Shown: positions 10,915-23,743 of the stretch, one piece after another | How the letters are laid out: each line of letters starts with the position of its first letter | Position numbering within the stretch: the first letter of the stretch is position 1 | Source: Octopus sinensis | Lineage: Eukaryota | Direction of reading: 5' to 3' | NCBI RefSeq assembly: GCF_006345805.1 | Contig: NC_043001.1 | Location: 70,680,001-70,744,000, forward strand | Length of the DNA: 64,000 bases | Position numbers and translations under genes: made by a program | The notes under the pieces: generated by a model | Told to the model about the DNA's origin: nothing | Database searches by the model: none | Seen by the model: the letters and a program-made list of their open reading frames with translations, nothing else

Positions 10915-13500
10915 ACACGTCCACGCTTCAGCCTGAAATCATAGATACGCCTCATATGCCCCACCAAATCCGACCTGGGAAGAGTAAGTAAAAATATTTT
11001 GGACAAAATAATACCAATCGTCAAGTAGAGATTAATGGTCAACTTATGGTCCTGTACAGGTGAAGTTATTACATGTTTCAATCTCTTAAACAACAAAAAC
11101 TTTTATTCTTTCCTACAAGTCGACATAAATAATTACTATCCTTCTATTTCTCACGAACATCTTAATCAGAGATGACGCGTTGCTAGTTCCCAAGAGCGTA
11201 AATAAATCATCTTTAGAACGAACTAGAAAATATCTACACAAATTCTTCTCCAGCTTAAACATGCCTATTACGTTTGAAAATTCTCACAAAACTACTAACT
11301 TTTTAGATGTAACTCTAAACTTAGAAACCTCCCAATACTCTTCTTATCACAAACCTAACCAATACCTTAAATACCTAAACATTCATTCCAATCACCACTA
11401 ATCCACCTTCGATAACATTGTCAGGGGTATTTCTATATGTATATCTGGCCTCTCTTCCACTGAGGAAATTTTCAATAACCACGCACCATATTACAACCAA
11501 GCGCTCTCTGCCAGCTGCTTCTCCCAACAAATAAAATACAGCCCTAATACCACGCTCAAACAACATATATCAATTCGCAACGACACACCAACCATCAGAA
11601 TCACAACAGACCACATATACACTTTGATAGAACCAGGAGGATCTCGCATTAAGGCAACCTACACCCCACACGCACACATATAACACTAGGTCAAAAGCTA
11701 AAACAGCTAACAAAAACGCAACTCTATTCTCCAAAAATATAGATAGCACTACTCCTAAACACCCAAATAAAAGTGGCGGATGCTCTATTCTATGGTATAC
11801 ACTCTCTTATATTGGACTCTAACGTCCCTCGACAACATAAATACTGAAGCTATTCTATCCCACCACACCCAACTTTTAAACTATCATAGCAGTCTCTATT
11901 AAACAAAAACTTCCTCTCTACTATCAAAACTCACATTATAGCAACTCTAAATACACGAACACTCAACATGTACACAGCTTCAGCATTGAAACTCATACCA
12001 CAAACACAACCATAACCCAAATCATCTTGCTAGCACTATCCGGAATACTACTACAACTTCCATCACCCCTACAGATATAATAATTAACAACAGCGATTGC
12101 AATAATAACAATAATAGTAATAATAACATTAATAATACTAATAACTTAGACCTTTCTACCCGCTTCTCTAACCTCTCCTCTGACAGTATTGTCACCTCCA
12201 TTCCCCAAAATAGCCCCCAAAATCACCCACTTGTAACTGCCGTCCTGGATCTATCTGCCCTCTACAAACACATTGTAGAAGATCTAATGTCATTTATAAA
12301 TGCACCGTCCTCAACACATTACACAATTCTACAGACATATATATAGGGTCAACCATAAATTTTAAACATCGATATGCCGCTCATTTGAATTCTTTTCGAT
12401 ACGAGAAACTCAGTAAATCCACAACACTCACCAGTCACACACGTCATCTAAAAAATAGAAATATTCTCTACACTCTGTCATGGACCATAATAGATTCAGG
12501 GCTTCCATATCAAGGTCAGCGCTTAGCCTGTAAATTATGCTTGAAAGAAGCATTTGACATATTAAAGCACAACTCCTCAACACTACTTAACAAATATAAT
12601 GAGGTAGTAGTATTAATATGTCTATATATATGTGTGTGCGTGTATACGTATACCTATTCGCAAATATACATACTTTCCTCCGTTTCCTACCTGCCACTAA
12701 CCTATCACGCACGTCTATTTATAGTAATTTGACATCCTTGTACTCTTCCCTCCACCTCAAATTTTACTACTAAAACTACGACTCACTTATCTTTCCTATA
12801 CCTTTTCTCTATCTATTCCTAAATGCAGCTCTGTCATATCACCCCTACTCACATATCTCACATTCTTTTACTCCTCTCTTCTCATCTCTTCCCCTCCCTC
12901 CCCCACTTCTCACTTCCTTCACCCTTTCTTCATTTGTTTTTACTCTTTGCTTTTATCTCTCTCCCTTTTTTCACTATTTGCTTTTGTATCTCTCCATTTT
13001 TCTATTTTTCTCTCTTTCTTCCTCTCATTCTGTCTTCCTGTTTTAGATCTGACCTTTCTCCTCGTTCTAATCATACACATCCCTCCTTCTTCCATCTATA
13101 TTACAAATACATTCTCAAATTATTCATTCACGCCACAAAGACCTTTTGAACGAGCAACACTGATTCCACGGATCCATACATTGAAATGACTAAATATGAA
13201 CTACTATTGGAACTTACACTTATTGGAACGTACAGGAAGTTGTTTTTTTTACACTTCAATACACCATTTTCCTAGAATAATGGAACTACAATTACAATAT
13301 CTTTATATATTTTATTTCTACTTCCATTCTCTTAATTCTCTCTATATTCCCTAACTTTTCCACAATAATTCGAACTTAAATATTTTCTCACTTCGTCTCA
13401 TGAAGGGATAGTCATAATATCCCAGAAACAGCTGTAAGACTATTTCATTATAAATGTCCCGAAAACTCCTCACAGCCTTGGATATGTTATCTCATTCGGT
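10915..13500 (+). mobile_element. Penelope-like element, decayed: RT with internal deletion, long linker, GIY-YIG, pyrimidine-rich 3' UTR/pLTR
   Basis: IRLICPTKSDLGRVSKNILD, QVDINNYYPSIS, then a jump at about 11165 to RDDALL, TNFLDVTLNL, YLNIHSNH. GIY-YIG: NVIYKCTV...IYIGSTINFKHRYAAHLNSFR...CKLCLKEA at about 12290-12590. Confidence 0.93.
13395..13440 (+). ncRNA. Hammerhead-like motif at PLE 3' end, 5' core altered
   Basis: GTCT-CATGAA-GGGATA-gtcataa-TATCCC-A-GAAA-CAGCT-GTA-AGAC. Stem I is GTCT/AGAC, stem II is 6 bp, stem III is the palindrome ACAGCTGT, and the cleavage triplet would be GUA. The CUGANGA box is not intact. Confidence 0.45.
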
Positions 13501-13503
13501 CAA

Positions 13504-13504
<1 letters not shown>

Positions 13505-13534
<30 letters not shown>

Positions 13535-13540
13535 TATATA

Positions 13541-13639
<99 letters not shown>

Positions 13640-13886
13640 TGTATATATATATATATATCAATTATGCATTGATATAAGTTGTTCAATAAAGCCCGAAACA
13701 TATGCACCGCAGAATCATTTACGCCTTGTTTTTCTTTTGATGCATATATCCTATCACCTATACCACTAGCTGACATATACAGGTGCTTACAGTTATCAAG
13801 TATTCACCCTGAATTTTTTGTATATATATATATATACATACATATATACATGTATACATATATATATATATATATATGTGTGTGTG

Positions 13887-13944
<58 letters not shown>

Positions 13945-13955
13945 GTGTGTGCGAG
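13505..13955. repeat. Cluster of (TA)n, (CA)n and (TG)n microsatellites
   Basis: Read directly from the sequence. Confidence 0.95.
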
Positions 13956-15097
13956 GAAAAGAAACATTAGATTTTCAATACTAAATTGGGAGGGAGGTAG
14001 TCTATAGTGTATATATATATATATATGAGATTTTGTTGATGCCAAAAGGACAGTGCATTCTCTCTTATAATGAGATTTATTCAACATCATCAACATGCGC
14101 TATTGAAGTGTGAGATTGGCAGTATAATAAGAAGGTTTTTCTTTAATACTATAATTTATAATCATATTGAGAATTGTAATTATTTTTGTTATTAGATGCA
14201 GAAATATATTCAAAAGTTAACGAGTATAGAGAAAAATGTACTTGTACATAAAGTAGTTTAGATTAAAGAATAACTAGAGTAGGAGATATCTACTTATGAT
14301 ACATCAAAAGCCACAAGACATTTCTTGTGTCTAAAGGACTGCCTTCTTATAATTACATTATCAAATCCTTCAATTATAGATTATGCATGGATGTGGTGTT
14401 ATGTGGTAAAAAATAATAGTGATTTAAGGTAATCATTGTTTCAGGGTAGTAAAAACATTCTATAGTTATATTGCTAACGTGGTGAAATTAAACATATAAC
14501 CAACATGTGTGTGTGGCAGGGGTGTTATTGGTGGATGGGTGTTTGTTTGGGTTACCTATAGACAGATAGGTAGATAGAGATATTGATATATATCTAAATT
14601 ATATATGAACACATATGTGTGTGTGTGCGTGTGCGTGCATACATATATATATATATATTTATATAGACACGCATATCTATCCATGAATCTGTATGTATCT
14701 CTGCTTATGCCCATATATATATACATATATATATATACACATACATACATTGTATGTATATGTATAATTACGTTGTACTTGTGCACAATAACATTATTCG
14801 ATATTGTTGTTGAATAATGTAACATCCATTCTTTCTCAATGATTTTAGCCTCATAACGGGGGAATTGTTTTCCCTTTCTATTCAGATGATATATTCAGAT
14901 AATAGCGTCAGAACACAATAAATATATCCACAAAAAATGTTGTTTGCTATTTGATTGTCTATAAAAATAAATTATTGTCGAAACGTCATAAAAGATGCAT
15001 CTCCCGGCTTATATTATAGTATTGCTTATAACAAAGATAAAGTAGGACAGTTTACAATGGTTGAAATATATTCTTTAATTAATAATATTTGGAAAAA

Positions 15098-15185
15098 AGG
15101 CGCGAGCTGGCAGAAACATTATCACACCGGCCAAAATGATTAGCGGTATTTCGTCTGTCTTCGTGTTCTGAGTTCAAATTCTGAG
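15098..15185 (+). mobile_element. SINE family B, head only
   Basis: GGCGCGAGCTGGCAGAAACATTATCAC...GAGTTCAAATTC; it is cut off by the following LINE fragment. Confidence 0.85.
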
Positions 15186-15700
15186 GACAGCTGATATCTT
15201 GAGTATTTAGGCCGTGGTGCACAAGCACCGATTACGTTGGACGGGCCACCTTATTAGCATGACGGATAGAAAGATACCTAAACAGATGCTATATGGGGAA
15301 CTTGTTAATGGAAAGAGACCCCGGCAGAAACCAAGGCTGTGATTTAAACACTGTGTCAAATCCTCATTAAAGGCCTGTGATATACAGGAGACTGACAGGG
15401 AGAGCAATGCCTGTCACCGCCATAGATGGAAGAAGCAGGTTAAGGAGGGGGCCGACACCTTTGAAGGAGCACATATTCTGAATGAAGAATTTAAGCGTGC
15501 GGCTCGAAAGCTCACTGCTGGTGATGTGAATGGGTAAAGCTTGGTCTGCAACGTTTCCTGTCGTGTATGCTTGTAAAGAGCAGGTCCTATTAACCACAAA
15601 CGGAACCGCAAATGCAAAATATAAGTTGGTTCTAGAAGGTCGTTGCTAACCTTCAGGTCACGGTCAGCAACGGTCTTCCTCGGTCACGTGTGGAGGGCCA
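15186..15700 (+). mobile_element. RTE-clade LINE, 3' end
   Basis: Manual translation: HRLRWTGHLISMTDRKIPKQMLYGELVNGKRPRQKPRL*FKHCVKSSLKAC...CNVSCRVCL*RAGPINHKR, matching the RTE C-terminal LRWxGHxxRM...LYGEL motif and terminal CCHH-like finger. In-frame stops are present. Confidence 0.88.
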
Positions 15701-15717
15701 TCATATATATATATATT

Positions 15718-16023
15718 TGTATGTATGTATGTATGTATGTATGTATGTATGTATGTATGTATGTAGGTATGTATGTATGTATGTATGTATGTAGTATGTA
15801 TGTATGTATGTATGTATGTATGTATGTATGTATGTATGTATGTATGTATGTATGTATGTTGTATGTATGTATGTATGTATGTATGTATGTATGTATGTAT
15901 GTATGTAGTATGTATGTATGTATGTATGTATGTATGTATGTATGTATGTATGTATGTATGTATGTAGTATGTATGTATGTATGTATGTATGTATGTATGT
16001 ATGTATGTATGTATGTATGTATG
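15718..16023. repeat. Long (ATGT)n tetranucleotide microsatellite
   Basis: About 300 bp of TATG repeats with occasional interruptions. Confidence 0.97.
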
Positions 16024-16024
16024 T

Positions 16025-16904
16025 GTAAAAGTAAAAAAATATACAAACTGGGACAAGAACGTGAAACACCTAGAAGACGACACAAGAAACACAGGACGGG
16101 ACATTCGAAGCCCTCAATCATCAGTCAAGAACCGGATCATCTTCGCAATTTCGGCTGATTAATCTTGAGATTGCTCCGATCTGGGCAGCCCCCAAGGGAA
16201 ATCTAAGTCAAGCGCATTAGATCCATTGGAAGAAAGCCTCGAATGTATACAACACAAGGACGCAAAACGGACGATGTACACGAATAAAAATACAAAAATA
16301 CGTAAAAACAATAAAGAAAGCACGAATAAGAATACAAATACGTAAAAACAATAATGGTAAGGATAAAAACAAAAGCAGGACGTCAGGACAAGGGTCTTTC
16401 GACAGGACGAGTTGAGTTTGGGGCTGGCTAGTGGAAGAGTGCATTTAGGCCACGGGAACCAAACAAATACGTGTTGCTACAACGACTGCTGGATGCGAAA
16501 AGGCAAAGCAGCAGTCGCTGGCTGGTCACGTGGGGACAAAAGAGAGGAGAAAGGGACAGATGAGGAGAGAGAGAAGGGGAACAAGGGAGGAGAAGAAAGA
16601 GAGGGAAAGAGACAGATCGAGGGGAGTGTAAGGTATGAGAGGCAGAGAAACGTAGGAGAGGGGGGACGGATGAAGAGAGAAAGAAAGAAAGAAGGGGAAT
16701 AAGGGAGGAGGAGAGAGAGAGAAAGAGACAGATCAAGAGTCGTACCAATGTTAGAGAGTATATACTTACGTATAGGATGAAAAAATGGGTACGTAGCCGC
16801 CATTATATATGTAAAAGTAAAAAAATATACAAACTGGGACAAGTACGTGAAACACCTAGAAGACGACACAAGAAACACAAGACGGGACATTAGAAGCCCT
16901 CAAT

Positions 16905-16905
<1 letters not shown>
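16025..16905 (-). mobile_element. Non-coding element with about 95-bp terminal direct repeats; probable non-autonomous PLE / tandem pLTR
   Basis: GTAAAAGTAAAAAAATATACAAACTGGGACAAG...GAAGCCCTCAATC occurs at both 16025-16117 and 16811-16905. The minus strand has a pyrimidine-rich interior like the other PLE 3' UTRs, and it is flanked by microsatellites. No coding homology. Confidence 0.5.
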
Positions 16906-16954
<49 letters not shown>

Positions 16955-17407
16955 AATAATGTAGATTTTGTTTCTCAGATTACTTATACGGACATATAGA
17001 AGATTTTTGAATAAGCCCAAGGAAATGATATGCAAAATTCCATTTCATTTCATTTCCTTAGGAAAATTTGAAGACATTTTATACTCGTTTATTAATAAAT
17101 TAAGAAACGCCTCACATTATTACTGTCAGCAAACGCTATTTTTGCTTCACTTTAATACGCTGTCCCTTTCCTATACTTTCTATAAATATTTACATATCTG
17201 TGAGTGTGCATGTGTGTGTCTGTATGTGCGTTTGTGTGTGTGTGCGCGAGCACGTGTGATCGTGTTATTGTGTGAGTTTGTGAGTGTTTCTTTGTGCGTG
17301 ATTTTGTGTGTGCACGCACGCGTGCAAGTGTGTGTGTGTGCGTGTGCGTGTGTTCGTATGTCTGTTTGTGTTATGCATAAATAACATTTACTGTGAAGAT
17401 TTTCTAT

Positions 17408-17505
17408 ATCGGGCGAAATGCTTAGCAGCATTTCGTCTGTCTTTTATGTTCTGAGTTCAAATTTTGCCGAGGTCGACTTCGCCATTTATACTTCTAGTCG
17501 AGTAC
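17408..17505 (+). mobile_element. SINE family B fragment
   Basis: CGGGCGAAATGCTTAGC...TCTGAGTTCAAATTTTGCCGAGGTCGACTTCGCC. Confidence 0.85.
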
Positions 17506-18269
17506 TGTGTGTGTGTGTGTGTATGTACGTGTGTGTGTGTGTGTGTGTGTCTGTATGAGCGAGTGTGTGTAAGCGCGCGTGAGCACGTGTGTTTGCTTTA
17601 AATTATTTTACAGAACGCGCCATGGCTTTGCCAGATGTTCAGTGTTCTGCTGCCACCAAATCATCTTTGTCTTTCCTGCTGGCTTCAAAAACAAAAAAAA
17701 AAAGAAAAGAAAGAAAGAAAGAAAATGATGTACCTGACAAATACTAAGGTCGATTTTAACTGATTACAACTTTCTCTTTAAAGCTGTTCACCTTGTGCCT
17801 AAAGCATAAAGAAATAATAATGATTATTTAATTAATTAGTTAATCAATTAATTAATTAAATTTTGATACAGTTCTGTACAAAAGGCGACACCTGTATATA
17901 TGTATATGGTAAATTAAACCGTAGGAATATTTGTTACGCTTAATATATCGATTTGTCAATAATGTATAAATTTGTCTTAAGGTATTTTGAAAATAAAGGC
18001 TGTAATTTTAATTCGTTACGAAATAAGGTACGGTGAGCAAACCTTCTTATATTATTCGGCAATTGTTTTTAACTGAAGTACTTTGTTTCCAGTTAGGCAT
18101 AAGTCGTTAATTTGTACGACACGCCAGCCGGTCAATTCATACCTGTCATAACCAAGAACCATTTCTTAACGTAGTTCAGTGCATGAATAATATCTTATAG
18201 CTTCATTGGAGCCGCGAGGAAGAAGTGCAATTTATTTCGAAAAAAGAATTACATTTGTGCAATGTGCTT

Positions 18270-18646
18270 GTGCTTGCTTACCAACCACATGGTTCCGGGT
18301 TGAGTCCCACTGCGTGGCACCTTGGGCAAGTGTCTTCTACTACAGCCTCGGGTCGACCAAAGCCTTGTGAGTGGATTTGGTAGACGGAAACTGAATGAAG
18401 CACGTTGTATATATGTATATATATATATATGAGTGTATATGTTTGTGTATCTTTGTTTATCCCCCCAACATCGCTTGACAACAGATGCTTCTGTGTTTAC
18501 GTCCCCGTAACCCTAGCGGTTCGGCAAAAGAGACCGATAGAATAAGTACTAGGCTTACAAAGAAAAAGTCCTGGGGTCGATTTGCTCGACTAAAGGCGGT
18601 GCACCAACATGGCCACAGTCAAATGACAGCAACAAGTAAAAGAGTA
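18270..18646 (+). mobile_element. SINE family A, nearly full length (first ~25 nt missing)
   Basis: CCACATGGTTCCGGGTTGAGTCCCACTG, an internal TA-rich tract, CCCCCCAACATCGCTTGACAAC, tail AAGTAAAAGAGTAA. Confidence 0.92.
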
Positions 18647-19421
18647 ATATTCAGAGATGGCATTACCAGTGAGAACGTCATTACTGATGTAATATAGAGC
18701 GGAACAAACGCACACACACACACTGACAAGGGAGTTAACCGACCCATGACCATCGCTAGAATTACTAGACTAGACTAGTCTCGCCTATTTCATAGGCAGT
18801 ATATATCACAACTATTAATACACGCGTTAGCGTTTCGTCAAATTACCCATAAATTTTTATTGTGAAAACATATATACAATTAGATCTGTTTAGCCAAACT
18901 ATCGACCGCTTGAGTATTCACAATTGCTGATGCTTACAAAATACATGGAAAAAAATCTGGTCTAGTGATTCTAGAGACGGTTATGGGGAGGTTATATCCA
19001 CTGTCTGTGTAAACATATTGCGATCTTCTTACAACATTAAATGTCTTTAACTCTTATTTCTAGCAATATAAGTGCTTCGGCATGCACAGCAACCTTAGCC
19101 ACGTTTAGTCGCGATAAAATGTTTACTTTTTGTATTATTTTGCGCCTAACTGTTTATATTAATAACTATCTGTCTATATCTGTATACACACATACACACT
19201 CACACGCACAAACATATGTATTATGTACGTGGTCCATATATGCATATGTGCATGAGTGTGTGTGTATGCATGTATGTATATATGTCAAAGCTTTACGTAA
19301 TTACTTCGCTAATTTGATAATTACCATTACACAGGTCCCCTTGAACTTATTTATGAAGCTTCAATGCATATAAATAAATAAATAGATACACAGGCACATA
19401 AGACCAGTCTTCCGAATCTTC

Positions 19422-19463
<42 letters not shown>

Positions 19464-19779
19464 GCCCATAAAACCTCTCCAACTAGACGGGATGCAAGAC
19501 TGTCACAATATAAACAAATAGATCTAAGAATTATTAAATTATTTTCTCGTTTCTATCCCCAAATATATTCTGTCTCTCTTTCTTCACCTCTCTTGATACA
19601 TATCTAAATGTGTGCATCTGTGTTAGTAAAAACAATCATCTCCAATAAGATTATGACAACTTATTTTAATGCAACCCAATATTATACAGCTCATGGAGTG
19701 GGCCCATAATACGCCGTCGTTACTTATAAGAACAATATAAAGATCAGATCATGAGAAGAGAGAATGTAGTATACAATCC

Positions 19780-21270
19780 CTGCCGAAGTAGAATACACAT
19801 ATTTAAAGCTTACGACGTAGCACCACTTGCTCGAACACAAACAGCTGGGCATTCGTGTAGAAAATTCTCGGGAGCCAGAAGTTACCCATTACTCCCAAAA
19901 TCTTTCTTCCCCGACCATCCACTATAATGTTCTGTGGACGCAGTAATATTCTTTTTTACGGTCAACAAAGCATGCATACACCTCTTGACAATATTTTCAC
20001 AATTTCTCGAAGAACTATCATAGAGTCAATATCTCGTAAATCGTGCTGCGTCAAAGATGGTAACCCTATTGTACTTCAGCTTCCTTGAGCTCGACAATTT
20101 CTTGACACATTTTCATATAGACACTTTCAGTAGACTTTACTCGGAACGCTCATCAAGGAGATTCCTCTATAATTAGAGCCCTATATTTTTCTCTCCCTTT
20201 TTAAAAACTGGGATTTTCATACCGGATTTTTTTGGAGTATTTCCCGCCAGAGAATACCTTCTGTAGTACTGTTTTTAACATTTCAAACTGAATGTTATCC
20301 CCCCTAGCAGCCTTGTCAAATTTAAAGTTTTTAATCGCCCCTATAACTTTAACTTCTATGAAATTAGATTTCACTCGTGTCCAACAAAACATTTCAATGT
20401 GACTAGAGTTAGAAGATTGGCAAAATATTTCTCTATCGGTTAAGGATGTAAAAACCCTAGCCGAGTTCTTAACATGTGAGGAGGAGAGCAACTGCTAACG
20501 AAGTCAATAGATGGTCTTCGAGAATGCTTTATTGGCTGCTCTAAAGGCAGTGGCCATCTTAACGCCAAATCTTCCAGTGACTTAACTTTGTACGATTTTA
20601 CTGTCTCTGCAGCAAGCTTTCACGCTTCAGTGTACTGCATCTGTGAAAGTGGGTACTTGTTTCCAAACCGAGATTTGTAAGCCTCATTCTTTGCTTGGAT
20701 GGCATATTTAACTTCTAGGTTGACCCCGAAGCTTCTTTTACTATCTGGTGCCACTTCGAGCTGCTTTCGTCCACAGCACTAGACAACCGAAGGAGAAAAT
20801 GCAGAACGAAACAATCTTCACTCCATTCAAACATCCTCAGTTTGTTGAGAAATGTCTCTTAATTTGGATGCAAAAGTGCTTTTATGAACTGATTGGCACG
20901 TGCAACCATTCTGGGAGTTGTATCACAATCTGTGGGTGTAGAATCTGTCAACACTTCTTTGCAGGTGATATGTTACCACCTGGGACATCGGAAAGAAAGT
21001 GTTGCAGGGCGAGAACGAGTATTAGTGTTAAATAGATCGAGAGTGTGACTCTCAAGAAACTCTTCCAATTGCATTCTGCATGTTAGTGGACCATTGCTGA
21101 GACAATTGGAGAATTTACTTAGCGCCACATTCAAAAGTGCTGAGAGGCAGAATGCGACAATGATTTCAGGTGCTGGGACTGTAATGCGCCAACATTTGAT
21201 CTTCTGATGAAGAGAGCTTAATAAACAAAGCAAACTACGATTTGGTTTATATGTCATGTCTTTCCTCATC
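19780..21270 (-). mobile_element. Heavily decayed RTE-type LINE ORF2 (endonuclease remnant, linker, N-half of RT)
   Basis: EVKVIGAIKNFKFDKAARGDNIQFEMLK, then RSTIYEILTL..FFEK...YACFVDRKKEY..V.RT, matching RT domains 0-3. Upstream EVKYAIQAKNEAY is the linker. A weak endonuclease-like EEFLESHTLDLFNTNT lies at about 21030-21070. The upstream limit is uncertain. Confidence 0.7.
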
Positions 21271-23049
21271 TATGTTTATGAATATTAGGTAATAACTGAA
21301 AGTGTATGATTGCTTAACGATAATCGATAGGGTACTGTGATTGGAGATCAGGTAGTCTATCCAGCTCGAGCCTCTACTTCTCCACATTGAGAAATTATAG
21401 TTCTGATACTACGGAAAACTAATTTGAATACTGCAAGGAAAAATCGCAGAAAGGTTTCTTGAAACCGAACCAACCAACAAGAAACCTAGGTGTAGACGAA
21501 GAATGAGATGTATAGTTAATAATTCATAGTCTCACTTAGTCACACTTGGGAATCCAGCAGGTAAGTCTAATGAGAATTGCTGCTAACAGTACCCATGCAT
21601 GAGGTGTCTGAGAACACTACCACGAATATTGGGCAAAGAAGATGGATGATGGATAGAATAGAAATTTTGACGAGGATGTTATCGCCAAACCGTCCGTCTT
21701 GCAAAGAGGAAATTTCAGAAATAACATTGCCTCGACAGACACACAAACACTGAGCTGTTTATTAAGTTCCAACACCCAAGAAAATACCATTGGTTTGTTG
21801 AATAACGTTTGTTCAAATTGTGGAAAGATTAACAAACTTATGAGTGCCAGTATACCTGCTACTGATGTTGCCGTTCCTACCCAGTGAAAGATTCTATCCC
21901 GCATTCAAAGTAAGATCATGTGACTTATTTGCAGCAAAGTTTGCTCCTTTCAATTTGTAAGCTACCAACCATTCTAATATATGTGCTGACACATCTGACA
22001 GTCCACATCTGTTCACTAAAAGTTATTTGAAATGCTTCCCCACTGAATCTTTTCTACCCAGTATTCTTTCCTTGGTAGTTCTTCACCTAATTCATATTTT
22101 CTTATCATTAACAACATCAACTGAAAATTAAGCCCTCCTAACAAACTAAGCGCTCCTAACAAAACTATACAACAACCACCACCACCACCTAATTAGATAA
22201 TAGAAAACTAAGATATACAATATTAACGATTCTTACAATGGAGATTTTTTCTTCCACGGTCAGTTAATTTTTTTTTAACTGAGCGCTAATATACTTCATG
22301 GATTAAGCAAAGAAAAAATTAGTAATGAAATTTAAAACGTAATATTGAAGAAACAGCATTGTTTCAATAATCATTTCTGATGAAGAAAGGTCAAGGACAC
22401 AGGCCCATCATACTGGGATTTGAAATTAATTAAAAATACAGTGGGGAGTTAGCCATTCGAGAGAATCGATTTTGAGTCTACTTACGAGGACAAGATTGCA
22501 ACGTCAACAGTATGCTATTATGTCAGCCTTTTGAAGTCTTTTACATTCACAGACATAGAAACGATAAAAAAAAAAACAGGACTGTGAACATTTAATTTAA
22601 AAGACAGATTGGAATTACAGAAATTTGTATTGATTTATTGTGTCGTATATTATCTGCTTCGTCTTGTTTAGTATGCAACAATGAGGACTGGATAGCAGTC
22701 ATTCACTAAAAGTACATATAAGAAATTGACATGGAATAAAATGTGTTTGAATAACTAATTTAAGTAAGCGTATTTGAAAAATTTGAATAATGTAATAGTG
22801 TGGACAGTAGAGATTAATCTGAAGGCACGGAGTGGAAGAGTGAGATAAGCTTGTTAATGAATTGGAGGAAAAAAGTGTTTTACTTGTATGAAAGAAGTAT
22901 TTTGTTAGAAAGGGAAAGATGTATATAGTCTGTTCAGTCTGCACATAGAATATCAAATGAGAAATTTGCATATGAAAGATGTTAAATATGTATTAGAAAT
23001 AATTGATAAAAAATGTTAAGGAGAGAATATGATTTCAAAATTGAATAAT

Positions 23050-23150
23050 CTTTTAATTTTCAATACATACAAACACACACAACACACACATACGTATACA
23101 TATATATGTCTTTGTGAGTGTGTGTGTGTTTGTGCGTGTGCGATCATACA

Positions 23151-23248
<98 letters not shown>

Positions 23249-23335
23249 CAGAGAGACAGACACACGGACAGACAGACACAGTGTATGGTTGTGTGAGAGA
23301 GAAAGAGAGAGAAATACAGACGTGTGTGTATGCCA
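23050..23335. repeat. (CA)n/(TG)n/(TA)n microsatellite cluster
   Basis: Read directly from the sequence. Confidence 0.93.
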
Positions 23336-23522
23336 TTATTTCATATCGTACGCCTTTTACCATAGACGGTGATGTGCCTTATATTTCTAGTTTTCTGAAG
23401 GTCATTCGTCATGTCTTACAAGATGAAGTCCACCGGCCATGACTTGTTTTGTAGAGCTGAGTTAAAGAAAACCGTATTATTTCCAAACCACTGACCTGGG
23501 CCGAACATATATAAATATATAT

Positions 23523-23743
23523 ATTTCTTTACTACCCACAAGGGGCTAAACACAGAGAGGACAAACAAGGACAGACAAAGAGATTAAGTCGATTATATCG
23601 ACCCCAGTGCGTAACTGGTACTTAATTTATCGACCCCGAAAGGATGAAAGGCAAAGTCGACCTCGGCGGAATTTGAACTCAGAATGTAACGGCAGACGAA
23701 ATACGTCTACTCATTTCGCCCGGCGTGCTAATGCTTCTGTCAG
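23523..23743 (-). mobile_element. SINE family B, almost full length, with target-site duplication
   Basis: Reverse complement of the 37932 copy. Flanked by CTGGGCCGAACATATATA (23496-23513) and CTGGGCCGAATATATATA (from 23744). Confidence 0.95.

Noticed and set aside
21600-21890. CSNCGK knuckle-like peptide and, in another frame, YRQTVRLAKRKF LINE-linker-like peptide
   Set aside because: The two readings conflict and are short. It is probably a decayed retroelement, but I cannot assign it.
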